Part shown: one piece after another, positions 25,894-33,499 of the stretch
Layout: each line of letters starts with the position of its first letter
How positions within the stretch are numbered: the first letter of the stretch is position 1
Assembly (NCBI GenBank): GCA_017512555.1
Contig: JAFWFE010000001.1
Location: forward strand, 22,238-86,237
Reading direction: 5' to 3'
Origin: Solobacterium sp.
GTDB taxonomy: Bacteria; Bacillota_I; Bacilli_A; Erysipelotrichales; Erysipelotrichaceae
Length of the DNA: 64,000 nt
The notes under the pieces: model-generated
The model's database searches: none
Told to the model about the DNA's origin: nothing
Seen by the model: only the letters and a program-made list of their open reading frames with translations
Position numbers and translations under genes: made by a program

Positions 25894-25914
25894 CAGAAAG
25901 ATGAGGAGAACAAG

Positions 25915-26886
25915 ATGTTGGCAGCTGTATTATTATTCTTACTGGGCTTTGTATTGCTGATCAAGGGAGGAGACTGGTTCGTGGATGGATCTGTAGGGAT
26001 CGCTCACCGTTTCAATCTCCCGGAATTACTGATCGGCGCGACCGTGGTATCGATTGGTACGACATTACCGGAAGTAATGGTATCTTCACAGGCGGCTCTG
26101 CAGCACAATGCAGGGATATCCTACGGTAATGCGATTGGTTCCATTATCTGTAATACGAGTTTGATCGCAGCGATTACGATTGCGGTGAAACCCGGAAATG
26201 TCAGCCGGAAATCACTGCGTTTACCGGCAGCGGCGTTCTTCCTTGCGGCGGTGATCTACTCACTGATCGCGTATACGCAGGGAGAATTCAAGAGATGGCA
26301 GGGATTGATGTACCTGGCAATGTTTGTGGTATATATGTTCCTGTCGGTAAAAGCCATGCAGAGCGGTGATATGGAAGCCGAAGGTGAAGAAGAGGAAGAA
26401 GAGAAGAAAGAATCTACTCTGACCAAGGATATCATCCTGTTAGTAGTAGGCGCGGCAGCAATTGCGGTCGGTGCGAATCTTCTGGTTAATAATGGTACGA
26501 TCATTGCGGCAGCTCTGGGTGTACCGGACAGTGTGATTGGTCTGACAATGGTAGCTCTCGGCACATCACTCCCGGAATTAGTAACAGCGATCACTTCCCT
26601 GATGAAGGGCCATGGCGCATTGTCTCTGGGCAATGTCATCGGCGCAAACTTATTCAATATCATCCTGGTCAGCGGTATGGCCATCAGTATCTCACCGTTT
26701 AAGATTCCTGCGGAAAAGACAATCATGGGGATGAACAGTTCTCTGGTTATCGATATTCCGGTGATGATGGCTGTGATGTTACTTCTGTGTGTACCGGCAT
26801 TGAAGAATGAGAAGTTATACCGGTGGCAGGGAATCACATTGTTGTGTATCTATGCCGCGTTTACGCTCTACCAGTTCTTTATCTAA
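25915..26886 (+). CDS. CaCA-family cation/Ca2+ antiporter (YrbG-like)
   Basis: Two alpha-repeats (GTTLPE and GTSLPEL) and an acidic central loop. ATG 25915 follows GAGGAG; the track start 25852 would read through the terminator. Confidence 0.85.
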   Translation: MLAAVLLFLLGFVLLIKGGDWFVDGSVGIAHRFNLPELLIGATVVSIGTTLPEVMVSSQAALQHNAGISYGNAIGSIICNTSLIAAITIAVKPGNVSRKSLRLPAAAFFLAAVIYSLIAYTQGEFKRWQGLMYLAMFVVYMFLSVKAMQSGDMEAEGEEEEEEKKESTLTKDIILLVVGAAAIAVGANLLVNNGTIIAAALGVPDSVIGLTMVALGTSLPELVTAITSLMKGHGALSLGNVIGANLFNIILVSGMAISISPFKIPAEKTIMGMNSSLVIDIPVMMAVMLLLCVPALKNEKLYRWQGITLLCIYAAFTLYQFFI

Positions 26887-26893
26887 GATTTAA

Positions 26894-26919
26894 GGGATAC
26901 AGTGATGTATCCTTTTTTA
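26894..26919 (+). terminator. Rho-independent terminator
   Basis: GGATAC (26895-26900) pairs with GTATCC (26907-26912), followed by TTTTTT. Confidence 0.65.
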
Positions 26920-26980
26920 TTGTTGACAATGATTCAAAGTGATATTAAAATGATATCACAAAGATAAGAGGTGTAATACA

Positions 26981-27970
26981 ATGCGTGAGATTGAATTAAG
27001 AACCGCAAAGAGCGGAATGGTCGTTTTGATTGGAATTATCCTTCTTTATGTTTTATTGGCTATCGGATTTATTATCGGAATCGCTCGTTTCCCGTTACTG
27101 ACGGTACTGTGCGCGTTCCTCATGGGTCTTGCCTGGATCCCTCTGTGCGGATTAAAGGTCTTAAAGCCGCAGGAAGCTCTTGTACTGACTCTGTTTGGCC
27201 AGTACTACGGTACGATCAAGGGTGAAGGTTTCTACTATGTAAATCCGTTCTGTGTGGCAGTGAATCCGGCTGCACGCACACACTTGAGCCAGAGCGGTGA
27301 TGTTAAGAAAGCCGAAGGAATTACCGGCGCGACAGTAAATGGTGTGGAACTTGCCAGTAAGAAGATCTCTCTGAAAGTCATGACTTTGAATAACGCCAGA
27401 CAGAAGATCAACGATGTTCTGGGTAATCCGGTAGAGATTGGTATTGCGGTAACCTGGAGAGTTACCGATACCGCCAAGGCTGTATTCAACGTGGATAACT
27501 ACAAAGAATATCTCTCTCTGATGTGTGATACTGCGTTACGTAATATTGTGCGTCTGTATCCGTATGATGTCGCTCCGAACATTGATACGACCGGTGATGG
27601 TATGGCGGACGACGGTTCTCTGAGAGGTTCCAGTACAGTCGTTGCGGATCGTATCCGTCAGGAGATCCAGGCCAGTGTCGATGACGCAGGTATCGAGATC
27701 ATTGACGCCAAGATCACCTATCTGGCATACGCTCCGGAAATCGCAGCTGTCATGTTACAAAGACAACAGGCATCCGCAATCATTGACGCCCGTAAGATGA
27801 TTGTTGACGGTGCTGTGGGTATGGTGGAGATGGCTCTGGATCGTCTCAAGGACAACGAAGTTGTAGATCTGGACGATGAACGCAAGGCAGCTATGGTATC
27901 CAATCTGCTGGTTGTCCTCTGCGGTAACCACGATGCCCAGCCCGTTGTGAATTCAGGCAGTCTGTATTAA
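26981..27970 (+). CDS. SPFH/Band-7 (stomatin/prohibitin-like) domain membrane protein
   Basis: Two N-terminal TM segments, then an SPFH core ([18 protein letters not shown]...) and a coiled-coil region ([13 protein letters not shown]). Confidence 0.85.
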   Translation: MREIELRTAKSGMVVLIGIILLYVLLAIGFIIGIARFPLLTVLCAFLMGLAWIPLCGLKVLKPQEALVLTLFGQYYGTIKGEGFYYVNPFCVAVNPAARTHLSQSGDVKKAEGITGATVNGVELASKKISLKVMTLNNARQKINDVLGNPVEIGIAVTWRVTDTAKAVFNVDNYKEYLSLMCDTALRNIVRLYPYDVAPNIDTTGDGMADDGSLRGSSTVVADRIRQEIQASVDDAGIEIIDAKITYLAYAPEIAAVMLQRQQASAIIDARKMIVDGAVGMVEMALDRLKDNEVVDLDDERKAAMVSNLLVVLCGNHDAQPVVNSGSLY

Positions 27971-27971
27971 G

Positions 27972-28169
27972 ATGGCTGAGAAGAAACAAATCCCTCTGCG
28001 TCTGTCTGCCAAACTGTATGATGCGATTGCGGCATGGGCAGAAGATGATTTCCGATCAGTGAACGGGCAGATCGAATACCTGCTCACAGAGTGTGTCAGA
28101 CAGAGAAAAAAGAATGGTAAATACGTATCCGAAGAACTGGATGTACCTCCGGAACTGGATATAGAGTAA
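27972..28169 (+). CDS. Ribbon-helix-helix (Arc/MetJ-like) small protein
   Basis: 65 aa. [35 protein letters not shown] fits a beta-strand plus two-helix RHH pattern. ATG is 1 nt after the SPFH stop. Confidence 0.6.
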   Translation: MAEKKQIPLRLSAKLYDAIAAWAEDDFRSVNGQIEYLLTECVRQRKKNGKYVSEELDVPPELDIE

Positions 28170-28174
28170 AAAAA

Positions 28175-28206
28175 AGAAAGCAGATCCGGAAAAAGATCTG
28201 CTTTCT
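28175..28206 (+). terminator. Terminator-like 12-bp hairpin
   Basis: AGAAAGCAGATC (28175-28186) pairs with GATCTGCTTTCT (28195-28206). Confidence 0.5.
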
Positions 28207-28217
28207 GTAAAAAAGTA

Positions 28218-28248
28218 TTGACCTTCCACCAGATGGAAGCCCTATAAA
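28218..28248 (+). promoter_or_regulatory. MerR-type promoter with 19-bp spacer and central dyad
   Basis: TTGACC at 28218-28223, 19-nt spacer, TATAAA at 28243-28248. The spacer contains the perfect dyad CTTCCA (28223-28228) / TGGAAG (28234-28239). Confidence 0.65.
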
Positions 28249-28264
28249 AGAAGAGAACACAGAC

Positions 28265-28912
28265 ATGAAAATCAAAGATGTTGAAGAACAGGTAGGTATT
28301 ACGAAGAAAAACATCCGGTTCTATGAAGAACAGGGATTATTATCTCCGGGACGTGCGGATAACGGCTACCGTGAATACGGAGAAGAAGATCTGAAGCGTC
28401 TGAAACAGATCAAGTTTCTGCGTAAACTGTACGTGCCGATTGAGGAGATCAAGGCAGTATCTTCAGGAGATCTATCTCTGGATGTATGTCTTCAGCGTCA
28501 GCTGTATGAGTTTGAACAGAAGAAGAATAACCTGGAAGAACTACAGAAGTTTACCAATGAACTGCTTACTTCTTCCTCCGGTATTACTCTGGATGAACTG
28601 GATGTGGATCTCTGCCTGGACAAGATTACAGCGATGGAAAGGGAAGGTCATAAGTTTATGGATGTGAATGTTACGGATATTCACCGGAAGAAAACCATGG
28701 GTTCGGTAATCGGTGCCGCAGCGATGATCCTGTTGTTGTTCATCTTCGGCACACTGATCTGGTGGGGGAATATGGAAGATCCTCTGCCGATTCCGGTTTT
28801 TGTCATCTTCATCGGTATACCGGTAGTGATCGGTATATTCGTACTAGTTGTACTCATACAGAGAATACGGGAGATCCGGGGAGGAGAAGAGGATGAAGCT
28901 TCTAAGTATTGA
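28265..28912 (+). CDS. MerR-family transcriptional regulator with a C-terminal double-TM membrane anchor
   Basis: MKIKDVEEQVGITKKNIRFYEEQGLLSPGR..GYREY wHTH, a coiled coil, then two hydrophobic helices (VIGAAAMILLLFIFGTLIWWG; IPVFVIFIGIPVVIGIFVLVVLI). Confidence 0.85.
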   Translation: MKIKDVEEQVGITKKNIRFYEEQGLLSPGRADNGYREYGEEDLKRLKQIKFLRKLYVPIEEIKAVSSGDLSLDVCLQRQLYEFEQKKNNLEELQKFTNELLTSSSGITLDELDVDLCLDKITAMEREGHKFMDVNVTDIHRKKTMGSVIGAAAMILLLFIFGTLIWWGNMEDPLPIPVFVIFIGIPVVIGIFVLVVLIQRIREIRGGEEDEASKY

Positions 28913-29204
28913 TTATATTCCGGGACAGGAAATTGAAGCGCTGGGAATGGTGAAAGGCGCAGTAGTACAGACCAAGCATTTCGGCAATGACTTCATGGCA
29001 GGGATGAAAACCCTTGTCGGCGGTGAGATCGTTGCTTATACGGAAATGTTGAACGAAGCACGGCAGATTGCGGTAAAGCGTATGGTGGATGAAGCCAACG
29101 CACTGAATGCGGATGCGGTTATCGGTATCCGTTACGGATCTGCGCAGATGATGCAGGGGGCGGCTGAAGTCGTTGCGTACGGCACAGCTGTAAAGTTCAA
29201 GTAA
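28893..29204 (+). CDS. YbjQ/UPF0145-family (putative heavy-metal-binding) protein
   Basis: MKLLSIDYIPGQEIEALGMVKG...GGEI..YTEML..AR..A..RM...A..L.ADAVIGIRY. ATG 28893 follows GGGGAGGAG and overlaps the merR-like gene by 20 nt. Confidence 0.85.
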   Translation: MKLLSIDYIPGQEIEALGMVKGAVVQTKHFGNDFMAGMKTLVGGEIVAYTEMLNEARQIAVKRMVDEANALNADAVIGIRYGSAQMMQGAAEVVAYGTAVKFK

Positions 29205-29205
29205 G

Positions 29206-30090
29206 ATGAACAGGAAGGAAATTACAGAGAAACAGATCATCCGTTATCTGGTTACGGTATTTATCCTGGCGTATCTGGTTCAGGGTGTGATCTGGAGAAT
29301 GTCCCTGACCGGGAATCCTTATACGACTCTTTTGATGATCGCGCTGATGTATACGCCTTTCCTGGCAGTGATCCTCTCCGGAATACCGATTAAAGATATG
29401 GGATGGATGCCGAACCTGAAAGGGAAAGTACGGTATCTGTTCTTTGCACTGTGGCTGCCGGCTTTATTGTCTGTGTTAGGCGCAGTGCTGTTCTTCGTGA
29501 TATTCCCGCATACGTTTGATACGGAGTTTGCGACGCTCAAGGCGACGATTCCTCCGGAGGCTCTGGCACAACTTGAAGCCTCCGGAATGTCCCTGGTGCA
29601 GTATGCGCTGATTTCTTCCATCTCCGTACTGAGCTATGCGCCGTTTATCAATATGTTTGCGGCACTGGGTGAAGAGATTGGCTGGAGAGGCGCTCTGTAC
29701 CCGTATCTGAAGGAGAGATTCGGCAAGTTCAGGGGAAGACTGATCGGCGGTGTGATCTGGGGCGCATTCCACTGGCCTTTGATGATCCTTACAGGGTATG
29801 AATACGGGAAGAACTATTTTGGCGCACCGGTACTTGGGCTCGTGGTATTCTGCCTGGCAGCGACTGTATTAGGTATCCTGATCGATCATGTCTATGAAAA
29901 AACCCAGTGCATCTTCTTCCCTTCATTGATGCACGGGGCTGTTAACGCGAATACTCTGGGACTGATGTTCCTCAGACCGGAATATACAAATATGCTGATT
30001 CTGGGACCGCTGTACCATGGCCTGATCGGTGTGATTCCGATGGCTTTACTGGCGCTGTGGATCAGCCGCAGAAGTAAATCTGCTGCTTAG
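29206..30090 (+). CDS. CPBP-family intramembrane glutamic endopeptidase (CAAX protease/Abi family)
   Basis: EEIGWRG, FHWP and HGAVN motifs in a polytopic membrane protein. ATG is 1 nt after the ybjQ-like stop. Confidence 0.85.
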   Translation: MNRKEITEKQIIRYLVTVFILAYLVQGVIWRMSLTGNPYTTLLMIALMYTPFLAVILSGIPIKDMGWMPNLKGKVRYLFFALWLPALLSVLGAVLFFVIFPHTFDTEFATLKATIPPEALAQLEASGMSLVQYALISSISVLSYAPFINMFAALGEEIGWRGALYPYLKERFGKFRGRLIGGVIWGAFHWPLMILTGYEYGKNYFGAPVLGLVVFCLAATVLGILIDHVYEKTQCIFFPSLMHGAVNANTLGLMFLRPEYTNMLILGPLYHGLIGVIPMALLALWISRRSKSAA

Positions 30091-30107
30091 AAAATCAGCG
30101 CGGGAAA

Positions 30108-30129
30108 CCCCAAGAGCTTTAGCCTTGGG
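30108..30129 (+). repeat. IS left-end subterminal hairpin
   Basis: In CCCCAAGAGCTTTAGCCTTGGG, CCCAAG (30109-30114) pairs with CTTGGG (30124-30129). Confidence 0.75.
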
Positions 30130-30180
30130 ATGAAAGCGCGTTACAGATGGATAACTACATAGATATATGATATAATATCT

Positions 30181-30603
30181 ATGGATATGAAAAGCGAATA
30201 CCGATCCACAGAAACCACTGTCTACTGCTGCAGATACCACGTCATCTTCTGCCCGAAATACAGGCGTAAGGTCCTTCGCGAACCGATCGCACAGCGGTTC
30301 AAGGAGATCGTTCTGTCTATGCAGGAGGAACAGAATTTTTATGTACTTGAAATGGAAGTCATGCCGGATCATGTCCACCTCCTGCTGGATGTCGACCCCA
30401 CGATCGGGATCAATATTCTTGTGTCCCGCATCAAGGGTAAAACTGCGCATATCCTGAACCGGGAATTTCCTGAACTGGAACGTAAACTGCCTACTCTCTG
30501 GACCAGAAGTAAGTTTATCGCTACTGTTGGAAGTGTGTCCCTTGACGTTGTCAAAAAATATATCGAAGATCAGAAAACAAATGAGTCAAGAAGAAAAAAA
30601 TAA
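30181..30603 (+). CDS. tnpA: IS200/IS605 Y1 (HUH) transposase TnpA
   Basis: YHVIFCPKYRRKVL, HUH motif in MPDHVHLLL, C-terminal catalytic Tyr region (VVKKYIEDQ). An extended -10 TGaTATAAT at 30168-30176 abuts the start; ATG 30187 is the alternative start. Confidence 0.95.
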   Translation: MDMKSEYRSTETTVYCCRYHVIFCPKYRRKVLREPIAQRFKEIVLSMQEEQNFYVLEMEVMPDHVHLLLDVDPTIGINILVSRIKGKTAHILNREFPELERKLPTLWTRSKFIATVGSVSLDVVKKYIEDQKTNESRRKK

Positions 30604-31843
30604 CAATATCCGAAACACCATGAGATCCACGAAAGCACGGCATTCTCAGATGGACTGCCGTGTTTTTGAGGTGAAAGTGGTATCTTCCAAGATATCTAAG
30701 GCTCAGAAGGAACAAGTCAATCAGTATTTCCGTGAAGCGAAATGGCGCCGCAATTCCATCGTTGCAGATCTGGAAAGTGCGGATCGTAACGGGAAAACCG
30801 CAGTTGTAAAGATCGGAGACACATTTGAAGAGCGTCCTCTTGAACTCCTTGGATCCCAGGTCCGCCAGGATATCTATGACATGGTAAAAAGTGAGATCAG
30901 AGGTCTCCATACAAAAAAGGGGAAAGGAGAGAAGGTCGGTGCCCTGGGTTTTAAGTCTTACTGCAATTCCATTCCACTGCGGCAGTATGGAGTCACTTAC
31001 AGGATCGACTTTCCCCGGAACCGGATCAAGATCCAGAACATCGATAAGGACTTTTATGTTCGGGGATTGAAACAGATCCCGGATATCGCAGAGATCACAA
31101 ATGCCAGATTCATCCGTAAACCGGACGGGCTGTACTTCCACATCACCTGCTTTACGCCAAAAGAGGAACGGGTCAAAACAGATAAAGAATGTGGAATAGA
31201 TTTCGGGATCGAGCATAATCTGACTCTGTCAGACGGAACAGTATTTGACATACATGTCCCTGAAAGTAAGCGAGCCAAACTGGCATCTGTCCGGGTAAAC
31301 AGATCCCTGCGGAAAAACAACGGAAAAAGATCCGGCAATCATTACAGAAGGGTAAAGAAACTGCAGATCACCTATCAGAAAGACAGAAACAGACGCACGG
31401 ATCTGGCAAACAAGATCGTTCACGATATCCTGACCAGTTATGATTTCATAGCGGTCCAGGATGAGATGATACACAACTGGCATTCCGGTCTGTTTGGAAA
31501 ACAGGTTCAGCATTCCGCAATGGGCTATATCAAAGCGAGGTTGAGGAACAACTTCAGAGTCCATGTGGTAGAACGCAGTTTTCCAAGCACACAGATATGT
31601 CCAGTATGTGGATGCCTGACGAAGCATCCGCTTTCAGAACGTGAGTATAACTGCATACACTGCGGGTATCATCACGATTCAAGAGATATAAAAAGTGCTC
31701 AGTCCATTTTGGAGGAAGCACTTCGTCAAGTCTCTATGGAACGTAGAGCTCAGAGTCTTGTGGAGAATAGTTCCGCTGTACCTGTGTCTTCGGACACAGA
31801 GTATAAGAACTCATCGATGAAACAAGAAGCCCAAATGCTTTAG
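30581..31843 (+). CDS. tnpB: TnpB (IS605 OrfB) RuvC-type RNA-guided endonuclease
   Basis: RuvC triad candidates (GIDFGIEH; IAVQDE; HHDSRDIKSAQSI) and a zinc ribbon (CPVCG...CIHCG). Start is uncertain: TTG 30527 in the track, or ATG at 30581, 30620 or 30650. The stop codon lies in the loop of the right-end hairpin. Confidence 0.9.
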   Translation: MSQEEKNNNIRNTMRSTKARHSQMDCRVFEVKVVSSKISKAQKEQVNQYFREAKWRRNSIVADLESADRNGKTAVVKIGDTFEERPLELLGSQVRQDIYDMVKSEIRGLHTKKGKGEKVGALGFKSYCNSIPLRQYGVTYRIDFPRNRIKIQNIDKDFYVRGLKQIPDIAEITNARFIRKPDGLYFHITCFTPKEERVKTDKECGIDFGIEHNLTLSDGTVFDIHVPESKRAKLASVRVNRSLRKNNGKRSGNHYRRVKKLQITYQKDRNRRTDLANKIVHDILTSYDFIAVQDEMIHNWHSGLFGKQVQHSAMGYIKARLRNNFRVHVVERSFPSTQICPVCGCLTKHPLSEREYNCIHCGYHHDSRDIKSAQSILEEALRQVSMERRAQSLVENSSAVPVSSDTEYKNSSMKQEAQML

Positions 31844-31850
31844 CCTTGGG
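31830..31850 (+). repeat. IS right-end subterminal hairpin
   Basis: In CCCAAATGCTTTAGCCTTGGG, CCCAA (31830-31834) pairs with TTGGG (31846-31850). Confidence 0.75.
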
Positions 31851-31854
31851 TAGT

Positions 31855-32379
31855 TCACCGGTATAAGATTCCGCTGGGGAACAGAAATAAATACGGCGCT
31901 GTAATCAAAGCGAGATTCCGTGCAATCACATGCACGGATTTTTTATCCAGGGAAGGATCTTTGGACAACATCTTCCGGTTCAGGAAATAGATACATAACC
32001 CGGAGATGATGATTGACACGGCGGTGATCGCAAACGTGAGAATATGATTGAACGGCTGCAGGTTCAGTCCGTAAGTGACAGTATGCGCAAGTTCTTTCGG
32101 GAAGAGTTTATCTGCGAAATAGTATATCGTGAAGATAAATACGGCGCCGATAAAGTCCGAAAGAAATCCGATCAGGCAGATCTTCCAGGAATGTTTCCAG
32201 GCTCTCTCATGATAATCCTCCAGCAGAAGATGTTTCATCGTGAAACGTGTGACCAGAAAATCAATCAGGAAATTTGCCGGAATCAAGACGATCCACAATA
32301 CCGGGAACCACATCAACATCCATATAGGGAATAATACGTTATATAACCGAAACGGTTTCTTCTTGTGCAGTGTCTTCAT
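31855..32379 (-). CDS. Uncharacterised four-TM membrane protein
   Basis: ATG 32379 is 8 nt after AAAGGAG on the minus strand. Hydrophobic segments run throughout. Overlaps the upstream XRE gene by 41 nt. Confidence 0.6.
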   Translation of the reverse strand: MKTLHKKKPFRLYNVLFPIWMLMWFPVLWIVLIPANFLIDFLVTRFTMKHLLLEDYHERAWKHSWKICLIGFLSDFIGAVFIFTIYYFADKLFPKELAHTVTYGLNLQPFNHILTFAITAVSIIISGLCIYFLNRKMLSKDPSLDKKSVHVIARNLALITAPYLFLFPSGILYR

Positions 32380-32854
32380 GTTCAGTACTCCTTTCTGAGG
32401 AATCAATAAGATTTAACTGTACCAGGTAATCCAGGATCTCCTGCAGTTCAAAGGAAGACATCATACGTCCGTCCTGGGGATCTAACAGCCGGTAATGCTG
32501 GGAAAGGATATTCTGCTGGATACGATATCCTTGTACCTCTTTGATGACCTTCCACCATACCTTGCCGCCCATGGTTGCCGGATAGACAACCTTGGTATCC
32601 GCAAATGCCAGTGCCTTGATCATATCCGACAATTCTCCTCCAAACGCGTTCTGCAGCACACTGCTCTGAGAGAAGATCGTAGCCAGGGCAATACATTCCG
32701 GCCAGCTCAGGTTTCTTCTTCCTTTTTCACTCTCTACCAGAGATTTCTTGGAAATTCCCAGGATCTGTGCCATCTGGTCCTGACTGAAATGATATTCCGT
32801 ACGTACCAGTCTGGTATAGGCAGTCAGTTTCTCGGTTAGTTCTGTTTTATCCAT
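32339..32854 (-). CDS. XRE-family helix-turn-helix regulator with an uncharacterised C-terminal domain
   Basis: FSQDQMAQILGISKKSLVESEKGRRNLSW HTH, followed by a domain of about 100 aa (GGKVWWKVIKEVQGYRIQQNILSQHYRLLDPQDGR). Confidence 0.8.
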   Translation of the reverse strand: MDKTELTEKLTAYTRLVRTEYHFSQDQMAQILGISKKSLVESEKGRRNLSWPECIALATIFSQSSVLQNAFGGELSDMIKALAFADTKVVYPATMGGKVWWKVIKEVQGYRIQQNILSQHYRLLDPQDGRMMSSFELQEILDYLVQLNLIDSSERSTEHEDTAQEETVSVI

Positions 32855-32868
32855 AGCTTTCTCCTTGC

Positions 32869-32903
32869 AGTGTAAAATTACACTATTTGAGTAAAATGTG
32901 CAA
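32869..32903 (-). promoter_or_regulatory. Promoter of the XRE operon with overlapping palindromic operator
   Basis: Minus strand: TTGCAC (32903-32898), 17 nt, TAATTT (32880-32875). The inverted repeat AGTGTAA-aa-TTACACT (32869-32884) covers the -10 and the start site. Confidence 0.5.
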
Positions 32904-33065
32904 TACCTAAAAGATTAAAATTCCCTCCTTTATTCATCTTCCTGTCCAATACAGACAAGACTTTGATCCAACAAATAAATTCTTGTACTGGTAAAATCCT
33001 TATGTTAGAATAGTCATGCGCTTTCTTTAGACCCGCATGAGGTCTAAGGCAGAAGGGAGAAGAAG

Positions 33066-33269
33066 ATGAAGAAGAAGATCCATCCTAAGTATTATGAGAC
33101 AAAGGTAGTCTGCACGAGCTGCGGTTCGGAATTCATGACAGGTTCTACAGTTAAGGAGATCAAGGTTGATACCTGCTCCAACTGTCATCCGTTCTACACA
33201 GGCCGTCAGAGATTTGCTCAGGCTCAGGGACGTGTTGAAAGATTCAATAAGAAGTACGGCTTAAAGTAA
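33066..33269 (+). CDS. rpmE: 50S ribosomal protein L31 (Cys-containing type A)
   Basis: [11 protein letters not shown]...CTSCG...[10 protein letters not shown]. Confidence 0.95.
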   Translation: MKKKIHPKYYETKVVCTSCGSEFMTGSTVKEIKVDTCSNCHPFYTGRQRFAQAQGRVERFNKKYGLK

Positions 33270-33277
33270 TCAGAGAT

Positions 33278-33302
33278 AAGAGTGAGAGATCACTCTTTTC
33301 TT
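33278..33302 (+). terminator. Rho-independent terminator
   Basis: AAGAGTG (33278-33284) pairs with CACTCTT (33291-33297), followed by TTTCTT. Confidence 0.6.
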
Positions 33303-33499
33303 ATCCCTGAATACATACAAATCCAGTATGGTAAAGTATAATAGTGTCGGGTAAAACCTATGAAGAATCACATGTGCACAAAAAGACCGGAAAACAGATT
33401 CACAGGAATCGTTTTTCAGTGTGCTTTCCAGATCGTGATCTTCGGACATCATTAGCGTGTTATACCCAATCTTACTTAACGATAAAGGAGGAATAACAC

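Larger units (their letters stand above)
30095..31860 (+). mobile_element. IS200/IS605-family insertion sequence (tnpA + tnpB); ends approximate
   Basis: Y1 HUH transposase plus TnpB. Subterminal hairpins share an identical 14-nt core GCTTTAGCCTTGGG at 30116-30129 and 31837-31850. Exact cleavage sites are not determinable from one copy. Confidence 0.8.

Noticed and set aside
25852-25914. Track start (25852) for the CaCA antiporter
   Set aside because: It would translate through the riboswitch terminator hairpin and T-run. ATG 25915 has a GAGGAG SD and begins the first TM helix.
33303-33499. Leader of about 150 nt upstream of prfA, including a 31-codon ORF (MKNHMCTKRPENRF...)
   Set aside because: No SD for the small ORF and no recognisable riboswitch or attenuator signature. 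Noted only as an unusually long 5' UTR.
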